64,000 bases of DNA from Clostridium hydrogenum (lineage in GTDB: Bacteria; Bacillota; Clostridia; Clostridiales; Clostridiaceae), in the NCBI RefSeq assembly GCF_021432385.1, contig NZ_JAEACT010000002.1, positions 502,016 through 566,015 on the forward strand, in the 5' to 3' direction. Positions 8,570 to 19,142 of the stretch are shown in pieces; position 1 is the first letter of the stretch, and each line of letters opens with the position of its first letter. A program made the position numbers and the translations under genes. The notes below the pieces were generated by a model, which was given only the letters and a program-made list of their open reading frames with translations, ran no database searches and had not been told where the DNA came from.

Positions 8570-10924
8570 CTATTCCTCATTAAGCTCCTGAACCCTTACC
8601 TTTCCAATGGATAGTGACGATATTAAGGTACAAAGTACATAAACAAAAATAGATGCTATTAACCCTACTGCCAATAACTCTGGCTTTATATCTGCAGGAT
8701 AATTATATATTCCAAAGGTACTCATAATTAAATTCATAATTTTGCAGAAAGTAATAGAAAATACCGGAATACATATAATTGAAGCTATTACTGCCAATAT
8801 TAAAACATAAAATAGGTTTCCCTTTATAAGATCAGGTGTACTGTAACCTATCGCTTTATACACACAAAACTCTCTTCTGCTATTTATATTCATTAGTAAA
8901 ATAATCGAAAACACATTTATTGCTCCAACCACAACTATCATTATCATAAAAGGAGTAAGCGCCGCCTTCATTGGAACCAAAGAACCGCTTAACATGGAGC
9001 TAAAGCTTTCTATACTTTTTTCCACATCTATAGCGCTTCCAAACCTATTTTTCAATATTTTTTTAAAGCTGTCATAGTCTTTAGAATTCTTGAGATTAAA
9101 GCTTATTGCATCACTAACATAACTTTTATCTGCAGACTTTACTGTACTTTTAAGAACTCTCACATTCATACCCATATACATCATAGATTGGTAATCTCCA
9201 ACTATCAAAAGATTTTTCTCTTCACCACTAATATAAACTTTAATATAATCACCTAGTTTTTTATGGGTCTTTTCCATCACTTTTTTACTAACTGCTATCT
9301 CATTTTCATTTTTGGGATTTCTTCCTTCTACAACCTCTTCTTTTATAGCATTATCATAGGTGTCATAGACCTCACTTATAAGACTGCCCTCACCATCTAG
9401 TTCATCTTTTGATATTACAATTTTTGCATATTGGAAGGTCCCATCCACGTAATTTTTTATTTTATCATTCTTTTTAATCCACTCTAAAATATCTGGTGTC
9501 TTTTTCGTGTTCTTTATCCTTATTCTATACTGTGCGTTATCAAGACCAAACCAAAAGCTGGTTTTTTCAGATAACTTAGAAAGATCGCTATAGTTTATAA
9601 CAGAGAAAGCTACTACATAAGAGCAAACAAATAATACTAAAAATAATATTATAGATAATTTTTTATAATAAAATATTTTTCTAAGCGCCTGACTTATTGG
9701 AGTAAATTTCGTTTCTATTATTTTTAAGGTAGTCCCCTTTTTATTATTAACTGGCATTCCTATCCTAAATACTTCTACTGGTGATATATTTTTTGTTCTT
9801 TTTATCACACCATAAATACTGCTTAACATTAAAATTATTACAAATGCTAAAGTAACTATTATTGGCACAACTTCAAATGTATTAAACTTTTCTCCATAAA
9901 CCTTAAAATTACTACTAAGCATAGCATTTATAAAAAAACTTGCTAAAAATGAACCAATAACAGCAAAGATTATAACTATAAAACTATAAGCTTTCATATA
10001 AATATTCATTATTGTATTAGCAGAATAACCTATAGCCTTATAAACTCCAATAGTTTTATATTCTTTTGCTATACTATCCAATATAGATGCTCGTATAACA
10101 ACTGCCGACACTAAAAGTATTATAATTGCAAAAGCACATACAAAAGCTCCTATTATTTCATTCATAATTTCAGCACTTATCTTTGCCCTGTTTATATCAA
10201 CTAAAGAAATAGGTATTTGAATATTAGTATTTTTTCTATAATATTTAACTATGTTGTCACAGCTTCCACCATCTCTTGCGTACACCGTAACTAGCTTCAC
10301 AGGGATTCCATATATACTTTGAAGCTGATTTTTACTTACATAAAATCTATCAACATCCATAAAGCTTGAAACACTATACGCATCGGAATATATTCCTGTT
10401 ATTTTAAGTTTTGTTTTACTATCTGGATTTTCAATTGTAATGTAATCTCCAAGTGATAATTTATAAGTTTGTGCAATTATTGAAGTTATAAAACACTGAC
10501 CATCTTGAAGACTGCTGCCACCCTTTAAAAACTTTAAGCTTCCAAATTCTCCATCTTTATATGTCATAAAAAATTTTGTAGACAATTTAATTTCCTTATT
10601 ATTGTCCATAATTTTAGACCTAATAACTTTTACCCTTTCTGCAATGGCAACCTTTTTAACCTCTGCATTTTTCTCAAAAACTTTTTTTGCATTTAAAGCT
10701 TGTCTGTCTAGATCATTAACTCCTGGTACAATTGCATATAGCGTTGGTGCGTTCGTATCCTTAATAAGTTCACTCATAGGTTTATCTACACTTATAATTA
10801 TTCCCAAAGCTGCCGTTAGCATCAAAGAACTCACAAGAACAACAAGTCCAATCAAAAACATCTGAAGCTTTTTATTTTTGATTTTGTTTAACCACATTTT
10901 TTTCACCCACTTTGCGTAATTCAT
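8570..10924 (-). CDS. ABC transporter permease, FtsX family (MacB/BceB-like, two FtsX modules)
   Basis: 784 aa with N-terminal TM, a large extracytoplasmic domain and FtsX-like 4-TM bundles (GYSANTIMNIYMKAYSF...; AIGYSTPDLIKGNLFYV...). Sits immediately upstream of the ATPase on the same strand. Confidence 0.8.
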   Translation of the reverse strand: MNYAKWVKKMWLNKIKNKKLQMFLIGLVVLVSSLMLTAALGIIISVDKPMSELIKDTNAPTLYAIVPGVNDLDRQALNAKKVFEKNAEVKKVAIAERVKVIRSKIMDNNKEIKLSTKFFMTYKDGEFGSLKFLKGGSSLQDGQCFITSIIAQTYKLSLGDYITIENPDSKTKLKITGIYSDAYSVSSFMDVDRFYVSKNQLQSIYGIPVKLVTVYARDGGSCDNIVKYYRKNTNIQIPISLVDINRAKISAEIMNEIIGAFVCAFAIIILLVSAVVIRASILDSIAKEYKTIGVYKAIGYSANTIMNIYMKAYSFIVIIFAVIGSFLASFFINAMLSSNFKVYGEKFNTFEVVPIIVTLAFVIILMLSSIYGVIKRTKNISPVEVFRIGMPVNNKKGTTLKIIETKFTPISQALRKIFYYKKLSIILFLVLFVCSYVVAFSVINYSDLSKLSEKTSFWFGLDNAQYRIRIKNTKKTPDILEWIKKNDKIKNYVDGTFQYAKIVISKDELDGEGSLISEVYDTYDNAIKEEVVEGRNPKNENEIAVSKKVMEKTHKKLGDYIKVYISGEEKNLLIVGDYQSMMYMGMNVRVLKSTVKSADKSYVSDAISFNLKNSKDYDSFKKILKNRFGSAIDVEKSIESFSSMLSGSLVPMKAALTPFMIMIVVVGAINVFSIILLMNINSRREFCVYKAIGYSTPDLIKGNLFYVLILAVIASIICIPVFSITFCKIMNLIMSTFGIYNYPADIKPELLAVGLIASIFVYVLCTLISSLSIGKVRVQELNEE

Positions 10925-11080
10925 CTATGCTTAAATAATAACAGTATAAGATAAAAGGAACTTATATGGAATATTAAAATTTCATTAAAAAAAATAGATA
11001 AAGCAATTTTAATCATTACTTTATCCAAACAAATTCTATATATTTTTATATCATGCACAAGTATTAAGTTTTAGATTTTC

Positions 11081-11150
11081 CGCAGCAACAGCGGAGAAAA
11101 ATCATCCTTCACTCTACTCTCTACTCTTTACTCTCTGCTCTGTTCTATTG
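11081..11150. repeat. solo terminal-inverted-repeat fragment of the heptamer-TIR MITE-like family
   Basis: GCAACAGCGGAGAAAAATCATCCTTCACTCTACTCTCTACTCTTTACTCTCTGCTCTG matches the right arm of full copies (GCTAACGGAGAAAAATCGTCCTTCATTGTACTTTGTACTCTG...). It overlaps the last codons and stop of the MFS gene ending at 11114. Confidence 0.7.
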
Positions 11151-12322
11151 TATATTGTATAACATACAATTCCAAATACTAGAATTAAAGCACTAAAATT
11201 AAATACCCAGTCATATCCGAGGTTAGAAGCAACAACTCCCCCTACTAAAGGTCCTAATCCTTGTCCGACATTGGCACCAATAAAAAATGTACTTGAAGCT
11301 AATCCTCTTTTTTCACTACCCATTTTATGAAAACATTCTGCTTGCAGCGCAGGTTGAGCAAATCCTTGTCCGAATGCTTTAAAAATTGCAGCCAATATTA
11401 TCATCCAAAGAACACTTCCATGACCGAGAAGTAAAGCTTCCATAATAGCACACAATAAGGCAGGATATAAAACAGTTGCAAGACCTTTTTTATCATACAG
11501 CTTTCCAGCCACAGGTCTTGTAAAAATAAGAAACAATGCATTTACTACAAAATACATTCCTACTCCAGCTATCTTACGCTGTTCTCCCATTAAAACTAAA
11601 AATGAGGTAACAAGACCATTTCCCATAAAAAATAAGCCACCAAAGAAAGATAATGGCAATACTTCAAATGCGATAATATCTTTTAAATGAATAGAACGTT
11701 TTTTAGTCACAGTATTTTCTTTAATTGACTTACTTTTGTTAGGCAAAAAATTCATAAACAAAGCCGCCACTATTATAAGTACTGCTGATACCATAAAGGT
11801 TTTAGAAATCCCAAATCTGCTTGAAGCTTCTATTCCTATTTCAGGACCAAAGGCAGTTGCAATAATTTGACTAATACCAAGATAGCCTATGCCTTCTCCC
11901 ATTCTCTCCTTTGGTATAAACTCCGTTGCCCAAGCAACACTAGTAGCACTGGTAATACTAAAACTAGCTCCATGCAGTATTCTAAAGAAAATTAAAAATC
12001 CAATATTAGGCGACAAACTATACCCTAAGGTTGCTATGCCATTTATAAAAGTACCAATTATCATTACATACTTTTTACTTGTTCTATCTGTAAGTATTCC
12101 CCCAAAGGGTCCTATAAAAAGAGCTGTAAGTGAAAACAAGCCTACAATTACGCCTGCCATACTTAAAGAAGCTCCTAATCCTATAGAATACTTTGATAAT
12201 AGTGGATAAACAAGATAAAATGCTAAAAATGTAAGTGTACTAATTGCTAATAAACTAATAAACTTAATATTCCATAATTTTTCACCTTTTTTTGTTTCTA
12301 GGTTTACTTCTGTCTCCTTCAT
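11114..12322 (-). CDS. MFS transporter
   Basis: 402 aa, 12 predicted TM helices, MFS motif-like GxLaDrxGrk region (GGILTDRTSKKYVMIIG). The C-terminal tail is encoded by a repeat element. Confidence 0.8.
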   Translation of the reverse strand: MKETEVNLETKKGEKLWNIKFISLLAISTLTFLAFYLVYPLLSKYSIGLGASLSMAGVIVGLFSLTALFIGPFGGILTDRTSKKYVMIIGTFINGIATLGYSLSPNIGFLIFFRILHGASFSITSATSVAWATEFIPKERMGEGIGYLGISQIIATAFGPEIGIEASSRFGISKTFMVSAVLIIVAALFMNFLPNKSKSIKENTVTKKRSIHLKDIIAFEVLPLSFFGGLFFMGNGLVTSFLVLMGEQRKIAGVGMYFVVNALFLIFTRPVAGKLYDKKGLATVLYPALLCAIMEALLLGHGSVLWMIILAAIFKAFGQGFAQPALQAECFHKMGSEKRGLASSTFFIGANVGQGLGPLVGGVVASNLGYDWVFNFSALILVFGIVCYTIYNRTEQRVKSRE

Positions 12323-12395
12323 TTATAATTTCTCCCATCTCTTATAAATATGTTAGAAATCTAACAACTTTTAACACCTATAGACTATCACACTT

Positions 12396-12413
12396 TAGTT
12401 GAACGGTCAACTA
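12396..12413. promoter_or_regulatory. near-perfect palindrome TAGTTGA-ACGG-TCAACTA in the divergent MFS/MFS-MarR promoter region (candidate MarR operator)
   Basis: Inverted repeat read directly from the sequence. Its position between divergently transcribed transporter genes and upstream of the MarR operon is typical for MarR operators. Confidence 0.35.
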
Positions 12414-12490
12414 TATTGTGATATTGTATATATAGGAACATATGTTAAATATAGGTGCTGCTTCATGAACCATTATAGACATACAACTTG

Positions 12491-12820
12491 GAAATTTAAT
12501 TCAGAGTACAACTGACAGAGTACAGTGTACAGTGAAGGATGATTTTATTCCGCCTTGCTACAGAAAATCCTATAACTTATTTTTTGATTGCTTATGCAAT
12601 CGCTATATTATCAATGTTTTTCAGCGAAGCTGACAACATTTAAGTTTAAGATTTGCCTAACGTAAATTTATTAATATACAAAGTTTTATTGTACTACTAT
12701 TGAAGGTACTTCTACTAAGTTAAAGAACCTACATGGGCTTTACGCCCAAACCCCTAGTATGTGTATCCTTAACTGTACTCTGTACTCTGTCATCTGTACT
12801 CTGTACTCTAATTTAATGGT
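12491..12820. mobile_element. MITE-like element copy (inverted orientation, with about 100 bp of extra internal sequence)
   Basis: Left TIR CAGAGTACAACTGACAGAGTACAGTGTACAGTGAAGGATGATTT. Internal module ...TTCAGCGAAGCTGACAACATTTAAGTTTAAGATTTGCC, the reverse complement of the core of the 25.9 kb copy. Right TIR CTGTACTCTGTACTCTGTCATCTGTACTCTGTACTC (12766..12808). Confidence 0.65.
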
Positions 12821-12903
12821 TCGTATTAATTTTAAGTTACATATTAAATAATCTTAGTGCGACAGCCCATTATTAATGTGTATTAAGAAAGGATGACGTT
12901 TTA

Positions 12904-14109
12904 ATGAAGGAATCGAAAATAGAAACACTGTGGAATTCTTCATATATTTTAATGCTAATAATAAATACACTTATCTTTATTGGTTTTACTATGATGACAC
13001 CAGTACTGCCTAAATATGCGATTAGTTTAGGTGCAACTATGTCTCTTGCTGGGTTAATTGCAGGTGTTTTTGCTATTACCTCCCTTGCTATTCGTCCATT
13101 TGCTGGATTTGCAACTGATAAATTTAATAAGAAAAATTTGCTAATTATTTCAACTATTTTTCTATCCCTTTCTGCATTAGGTCTTAGACTATCAACTAAT
13201 ATGTACTCACTTTTTTTCTTTAGAATTGTTCAAGGTATATCCTTTTCTATGAGTGTTACAGTAAATAATGCCCTTGCTACAGCATATATACCAAAAGAAA
13301 GAATAGGTGAGGGAATAGGATTTCTGGGATTAGGCTGCATTTTTGCAACTGCAATAAGTCCAAATCTTGGGCTCCAAATCTCATCAAAATTTGGATTTAA
13401 ATATGTATTTTACGCATCCTGTGTTATTATCATGCTTGCAGTTATTCTTATTACCACGATTCCATACATTAAGCCAAATAATGAAACTTCAACTACAAAT
13501 AAACTTCAAATTAAAGTTGATGACTTTTTTGATAAAAGATTAATTATCTTTGCTGTTCTTGCTTGTTTATTCACCTTTATGAACGGAGCTATAGGCAGCT
13601 TCTTAGCTTTAATAGGTGATGAAAGGCATATTTCAAATATTGGTTATTACTTCACAGTAAATGCTATTGTAATTCTCATTATTAGACCAATTTCAGGTAA
13701 AGTGCTTGATAAAAAAGGTCTAGGAATTATAGCATTTCCAGCTTTTATTATGGCAATAATAGCATCAATATTGCTAGGAAGTTCTAAATCTCTTTGGATG
13801 ATACTTTTGGCGGCAATTTTTTATGGAATCGGACAAAGCTCACTTTCACCAGCACTGCAAGCTACCTGTGTAAAAAAACTTGGACCTAGCAGAGTAGGCG
13901 TCGCAACAAGCACCTATTTCATTGGCTATGATGCAGGGCAAGGATTAGGCCCAATTATAGGTGGAACAATAGCAGGTAAATTTGGCTTAGCTTCTCTTTT
14001 TTATAGCTGCAGCATTATATTATTTGCTGGCATAGTTATATACTATTTGTACTCATCAAGAGAAAAGCGTAAAATTTTAAAAAGCAATAAAAATACTATT
14101 TACAGATGA
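12904..14109 (+). CDS. MFS transporter
   Basis: 401 aa, 12 TM helices, paralogous in pattern to the divergent MFS (GFATDKFNKKNLLII). RBS AAAGGATGA. Confidence 0.8.
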   Translation: MKESKIETLWNSSYILMLIINTLIFIGFTMMTPVLPKYAISLGATMSLAGLIAGVFAITSLAIRPFAGFATDKFNKKNLLIISTIFLSLSALGLRLSTNMYSLFFFRIVQGISFSMSVTVNNALATAYIPKERIGEGIGFLGLGCIFATAISPNLGLQISSKFGFKYVFYASCVIIMLAVILITTIPYIKPNNETSTTNKLQIKVDDFFDKRLIIFAVLACLFTFMNGAIGSFLALIGDERHISNIGYYFTVNAIVILIIRPISGKVLDKKGLGIIAFPAFIMAIIASILLGSSKSLWMILLAAIFYGIGQSSLSPALQATCVKKLGPSRVGVATSTYFIGYDAGQGLGPIIGGTIAGKFGLASLFYSCSIILFAGIVIYYLYSSREKRKILKSNKNTIYR

Positions 14110-14124
14110 TTATAAGGAGAATTT

Positions 14125-14562
14125 ATGGATAACAAAGCACTAGATTTAATTGGATTAACTGGCTGCCTATATAGATGCGCTCAAACTTATTTTGATAGGG
14201 AATTAAAAAAATTTGACCTATCCATGGCAACCTACCCGTATTTACTTTCATTAAGTAAATGCGAAGGGATAAATCAAAACGAGATAAGTAGAATACTTTA
14301 CGTAGATAAGTCTATGTCTGCAAAATCTATTAAGAAGTTAATAAATCTTGGATATGTAAATAAAAAAGAAGATAAAGAAGATGCACGAGCATATAAACTT
14401 TACTTAACCGCTAAAGCAAAGAATATAATCCCTGAAATACTAGAAATCAGAAATAAGTGGATTGATATTTTGTCACAAGACAGTGATGATGAAAAAATAG
14501 AAAACTCTATAGATTTTTTATGGAAAGCCTTGGGGAACGGAAAAGAGGAGCTGGCACACTAA
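14125..14562 (+). CDS. MarR-family transcriptional regulator
   Basis: 145 aa, winged-HTH (MATYPYLLSLSKCEGINQNEISRILYVDKSMSAKSIKKLINLGYV). Likely co-transcribed with the MFS gene upstream. Confidence 0.7.
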   Translation: MDNKALDLIGLTGCLYRCAQTYFDRELKKFDLSMATYPYLLSLSKCEGINQNEISRILYVDKSMSAKSIKKLINLGYVNKKEDKEDARAYKLYLTAKAKNIIPEILEIRNKWIDILSQDSDDEKIENSIDFLWKALGNGKEELAH

Positions 14563-14711
14563 AAATTGTCAAACTATAATTTAAAAAATTATACACTAAT
14601 GCATATTGTTTAACATTTCATCCAATGCCAACTTTGTATATTAGTTGGCATTCGTTAAAACTATACTTTATAAACTTAGATTTGCAAAAAAATTATATAT
14701 ATTATTACTAT

Positions 14712-14972
14712 TTATAATTTTCTTTTGCTATAAATATCACCTGAAATTTCACTACCTATGCTATAGTCAAAAATATCATCTAAATCAATATTATATGATA
14801 TGTCATTATCAATAATTATACTATTTGCTATTTTGCTATTTAATTGTGTTGTCATTTTAATTATAACTTTTCCAGGGAATTTAAGTTTACTTGGCATTCT
14901 CTGTTCTTCCACTAAATTTATTATTCTACCCTCACCAACAAGTTGTCCATTTAAATACAATTTAACATTCAT
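14712..14972 (-). CDS. hypothetical protein
   Basis: 86-aa ORF. No recognisable motifs. Confidence 0.3.
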   Translation of the reverse strand: MNVKLYLNGQLVGEGRIINLVEEQRMPSKLKFPGKVIIKMTTQLNSKIANSIIIDNDISYNIDLDDIFDYSIGSEISGDIYSKRKL

Positions 14973-15266
14973 AATTATTAACCCTCCATACCGAATAATT
15001 TTTATATACTACCAAATTATTATATATGCTTAATTATAAAATACAAATATAGTTTTATTGATACTATTAACATTGAGTATATATAAATATTTAGTTAGTG
15101 CTTAAAATGAGTATATTATGTAAAGGTATAATTAATCTTTATCATATATTTCATCGTGAGAGTATGACTTTTTAGATTGATTATTTTTGACTAAAATATA
15201 CGGTTTTATAATATTACTGCAAGTAAGGTTTTATCAATGTTATACTAAATATAATGCATATTAACC

Positions 15267-15584
15267 CTACTTTTCATAATCTTTTGTATATCTACATTTT
15301 GGATAGTTTGAGCATCCCCAAAACGTTCCATATTGTCCACTTCTTAGTTTCATTTTAGAACCACACTGAGGGCAAACAGGTCTAGACTTTTCATAATCCA
15401 TATTTCTTTTATATTGTTCTTCAGTTATAACATTATAATCATCTGTTCCCTTATTAACTCGACAAATCGTAGTATTACATATTGGACATTGAATTTCATG
15501 AGCAATATCCTTAATAGGATATTTTACCTTTTTTAAATAGTACTTAGTTCCACACTTTGGACATTTACTCCATTCCTCATCCAT
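15267..15584 (-). CDS. zinc-ribbon protein with topoisomerase-type C4 zinc finger
   Basis: Three CxxC pairs (CPKCG...CPIC..., CPQCGSKMKLRSGQYGTFWGCSNYPKCRYT) matching the Topo I-type zf-C4 ribbon. Confidence 0.6.
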   Translation of the reverse strand: MDEEWSKCPKCGTKYYLKKVKYPIKDIAHEIQCPICNTTICRVNKGTDDYNVITEEQYKRNMDYEKSRPVCPQCGSKMKLRSGQYGTFWGCSNYPKCRYTKDYEK

Positions 15585-15877
15585 AATAATATCCTTCCTT
15601 TCATTAAATTTAATTTTCCTTGTATTTTTTATATTGTAACATAATTAGTTATATTTCCTAAAATTTATACATTATACGAGAAATATTTTAGATATTATAA
15701 ATAAGTGCAATATATAAAGTATACTAATTTACTAACACCATTTGACCTGTGTTGAAAATCATTCTTGTATATTTGAGCTACTTGCATAATTTTTTCATTC
15801 TAATGAGTGATTATTTTAATTTCATCACAATAGTAATATTTATTAAATAATTATTCTATGAAATCTGGAACCTTTTT

Positions 15878-16633
15878 CTAGAATGTAAATTTTTGTTTAT
15901 ATGATAACCCCAATATACCTTTAATTAAATTCTTTACTCTAGTACTTGATAAAATAAATTTTAGTATTCTAATAAATTGTTTTTCATCGCATATGTTCCA
16001 AAACTCTTCTCTCATTCTAGATTCCCCTTTATAATAAAATGTACCTGGTATTTTATCAAAATCTCCAAACTTGCTCCACATAGGATTATAAAAGAAACTA
16101 TATTTGAATTTTTTCACAATTCTACTTTCTTTACTTGCTACTTCAATTGATGACACTGCATGAAGTCCATCGGCATTTAATATACAATCTTCAAAAGGGT
16201 TTGCATTAAAATCTCCTACAATTATTGTATTTTTTGTACCGTATTTTTCCTCTATAGACTCTATATGATTTTTCATTCGTTCAATTATAACCCTTCTATC
16301 AGCATCCTCAGCATGCATCTTACTAGGAAGATGAACTGCCGAAATTATTTGTTTTTCAACCTCTGATATTTTTATTATTTTTATTGTATAGTATTCCTCC
16401 GAATCACCAGTTTGAAATTTATCTATACACGAAATAATTCTTATTCTCTCACATATATTAATATCAGAAATTTCGTACATTAAAATATTATGATCATCTA
16501 ATTCTTCTAGCAATTCTTTTAAATTATCATTATATTCTGCTAAAATTACTATTCCATATCTATCTTTAATAATTAATTCTTTTAAATATTCATTTACTTT
16601 TTGCTTATTAGTATTCCAGAATAAATATTTCAT
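15878..16633 (-). CDS. endonuclease/exonuclease/phosphatase (EEP) family protein
   Basis: IVGDFNANPFED motif (GDFN), upstream acidic catalytic residues, size about 250 aa. Confidence 0.5.
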   Translation of the reverse strand: MKYLFWNTNKQKVNEYLKELIIKDRYGIVILAEYNDNLKELLEELDDHNILMYEISDINICERIRIISCIDKFQTGDSEEYYTIKIIKISEVEKQIISAVHLPSKMHAEDADRRVIIERMKNHIESIEEKYGTKNTIIVGDFNANPFEDCILNADGLHAVSSIEVASKESRIVKKFKYSFFYNPMWSKFGDFDKIPGTFYYKGESRMREEFWNICDEKQFIRILKFILSSTRVKNLIKGILGLSYKQKFTF

Positions 16634-16720
16634 TACATTTCTCCTAAATAAATTAATGCTTGTTTTATTTACATTTTGAATTTAATTCCACATTTGTTGT
16701 AATGTTTTTTATTTATAGTT

Positions 16721-17086
16721 TTATTCTTTTAGCTTACTTTTTTGCATATATTGACTGAAGAACTTTAATTGTAAAAGGGATATTATAAGAGTAATTATGA
16801 TTGATAAATCACCTAATTGATCTGCTCTTTTTAAAGAATCATTATCATATCCATTATTAAAGTAAGTAAGTTTATACAGATTTATACCTCTTTTAATCAT
16901 TCTTACAATAAATAAAAATATAAAAATATAAATAATTGCTTTATAAATATAAGTACCTAACATATTGAATTTAATTTTAGATTCAAGAGAAAATAATATT
17001 AAAGCTAGTACAATAAATGCTTTAATGCTATTAGTTTCAAAAATTAAGTTTGCAATACGCTTTTTCATATGTAATATATCCTCCAT
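16721..17086 (-). CDS. small membrane protein, hypothetical
   Basis: 121 aa with two or three hydrophobic helices. Confidence 0.35.
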   Translation of the reverse strand: MEDILHMKKRIANLIFETNSIKAFIVLALILFSLESKIKFNMLGTYIYKAIIYIFIFLFIVRMIKRGINLYKLTYFNNGYDNDSLKRADQLGDLSIIITLIISLLQLKFFSQYMQKSKLKE

Positions 17087-17509
17087 ATAATGTAAAACTA
17101 AATTTAATATAGTTTCATACCGACAAACGATTTTATTTTAACATTAATTATATCATAAAATTTCATTATTTTTGAATTTATGGAATATCATTTACTTAAT
17201 CAAGTTAAAAAGCAGTCTTGTAGGAATTTAAGTTCCTCAAGACTGCTATCTATATTAATGAATATATTCCTTTAGAGGTATTTTAGAAATTATTTTTACA
17301 TTTATATTTTTAAAACTGTACTATAATATATTGCTATTAAATTTCATACAACATCTCTTACATGTACTTAACTCATAAATTTTATTAATATTTAGCTATT
17401 ATATATTTTGACACCTAAAAACTATTCCTGAAAAAGCTAGATTTTCAGGAATAGTTCAATCACAAATCCGTTAATTACACAAAATTTTAACGCGATAAAG
17501 CATTTTTCT

Positions 17510-18382
17510 TTAAAAGTACTTTTCCAAGTCCGAAACCTTTTCAAAATCAAATATTTCTGTTCCTATTATCTCTATATTTTCTTCTGGAAGCGATCTTATT
17601 TTATCAATATATTCTTTTGGCAATTTTTTAAACTTTTTTACTAGCAATTTAATTAACAGCTCTGATTTTCCTTCTGCCTTTCCCTTTTCTATTCCTTCTT
17701 CAATACCCTCTTCTCTGATCATTCTACCTATATCCGTCATTGAAAACACCTCCTTTAACTTTTTCTTACTAATTTCATCTCCAAATTTATCCGTTAACGC
17801 ATAAAGCATACTTATGCACTGAAGTTTATTTTCATTATCCTTTATATTTTCTGCAATCTCAATACTTTCTAATGCTCTTTTAAGCCTACTCTCTTTCCCA
17901 CTCATCAAAGGCAAAAATGTTAGCGTTAATATATCATTAGGATTTAACTTTTCTCCTTTTGATACCTTTTCACTTATATATTTTAACTTCTCATCACCAT
18001 TTAATTTTTTCATGTAAACTGCTTCAATACTATATTTTATTGTTCCAGCATCTATAAACGTTTCTGTATTATCTATGTCTGCTGAATATACAACTACTGT
18101 TTTCACTTTTCTTTTTTCTTTATAATACAACGAAGCATCATAAAACAAAAACCTTTTTATATCATCTTTTTTATCCGTGGTTTGAAACTCGAAATGCAAG
18201 TAGTTTCCATCTTCAGTATAAAAAAGATAATCTACAAAATTTGTATTGATTTGAATATCCTTTATTTCTGTTTCTGCTGATCCAAGTATCTTCGTATCTA
18301 TACCGAAAAAGTCAACAGCACTTTGCTTAAATATATCCATTGCCTTCTTTAAAACTGTATCCTCAATCTTATTATAATCCAT
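17510..18382 (-). CDS. Rpn-family recombination-promoting nuclease / putative transposase (PD-(D/E)xK, YhgA-like)
   Basis: 290 aa. The C-terminal GIEEGIEKGKAEGKSELLIKLLVKKF repeat region is characteristic of this family. N-terminal nuclease-like core. Confidence 0.5.
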   Translation of the reverse strand: MDYNKIEDTVLKKAMDIFKQSAVDFFGIDTKILGSAETEIKDIQINTNFVDYLFYTEDGNYLHFEFQTTDKKDDIKRFLFYDASLYYKEKRKVKTVVVYSADIDNTETFIDAGTIKYSIEAVYMKKLNGDEKLKYISEKVSKGEKLNPNDILTLTFLPLMSGKESRLKRALESIEIAENIKDNENKLQCISMLYALTDKFGDEISKKKLKEVFSMTDIGRMIREEGIEEGIEKGKAEGKSELLIKLLVKKFKKLPKEYIDKIRSLPEENIEIIGTEIFDFEKVSDLEKYF

Positions 18383-18459
18383 GCAATCACCTACTTAAAA
18401 GAGAAATTTTATATTGTTATTATTTACATAAATCATAATAATATGCGAACATATGTTTA

Positions 18460-19071
18460 CTATTTTTCAACTATAAATTTATAAATCATATCTATTAAGC
18501 CATCTACATACTCATTTCTATACTTTTCATCCTCAATCCTAGTGATAGCACTAGCATTACCCTTAATTGTATTAATTAATATGTCATACTTTAATTCAAA
18601 ATCTACTAAAGTTTTATCATTATTAGCACTTTCAAGAAATGGTTTAAGCAGCTTTTTTACTCTTTCGTTGTGATTTTGAAATATTGTTTCTAATTGAGAG
18701 TATTCCTTCTTTAAGCTATCTATTTCTTCATATATGTGTCCACTTTTATAAAGACTTTTTATTCCAATCTGTAAATATTCTTTAAAAATTTCACTTGAAG
18801 CTTCAGTATTTATTAAAGTCTTATGAACAAGCTCTTCTAATAGGTTATAAGAATAATCACAATCCCCCTGAAAAATTTCTAAAAATATATCTATTTTATC
18901 TTTAAAATAATTATAAAACACTCCTGTTGATACTTCTGCATTACTAGCTATTTCTTTGGAATTAGTATTGTAAAAACCTTTATTCTTAAATAATTTATCA
19001 GCAGAAATTATAAGTTTTTCCTTATTTTCTAATGTTCTTTTTTGCACAGCCCTTTTTCGTTTTTTCTCCAT
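18460..19071 (-). CDS. TetR-family transcriptional regulator
   Basis: N-terminal TetR HTH (KLIISADKLFKNKGFYNTNSKEIASNAEVSTGVFYNYFKDK). 203 aa. Confidence 0.8.
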   Translation of the reverse strand: MEKKRKRAVQKRTLENKEKLIISADKLFKNKGFYNTNSKEIASNAEVSTGVFYNYFKDKIDIFLEIFQGDCDYSYNLLEELVHKTLINTEASSEIFKEYLQIGIKSLYKSGHIYEEIDSLKKEYSQLETIFQNHNERVKKLLKPFLESANNDKTLVDFELKYDILINTIKGNASAITRIEDEKYRNEYVDGLIDMIYKFIVEK

Positions 19072-19142
19072 TTTGCATCATCCTCATTTTGTTTTTCTAT
19101 AATTCAATTTTATGATTACTTAAATCTATAGTCAATGCTAAA

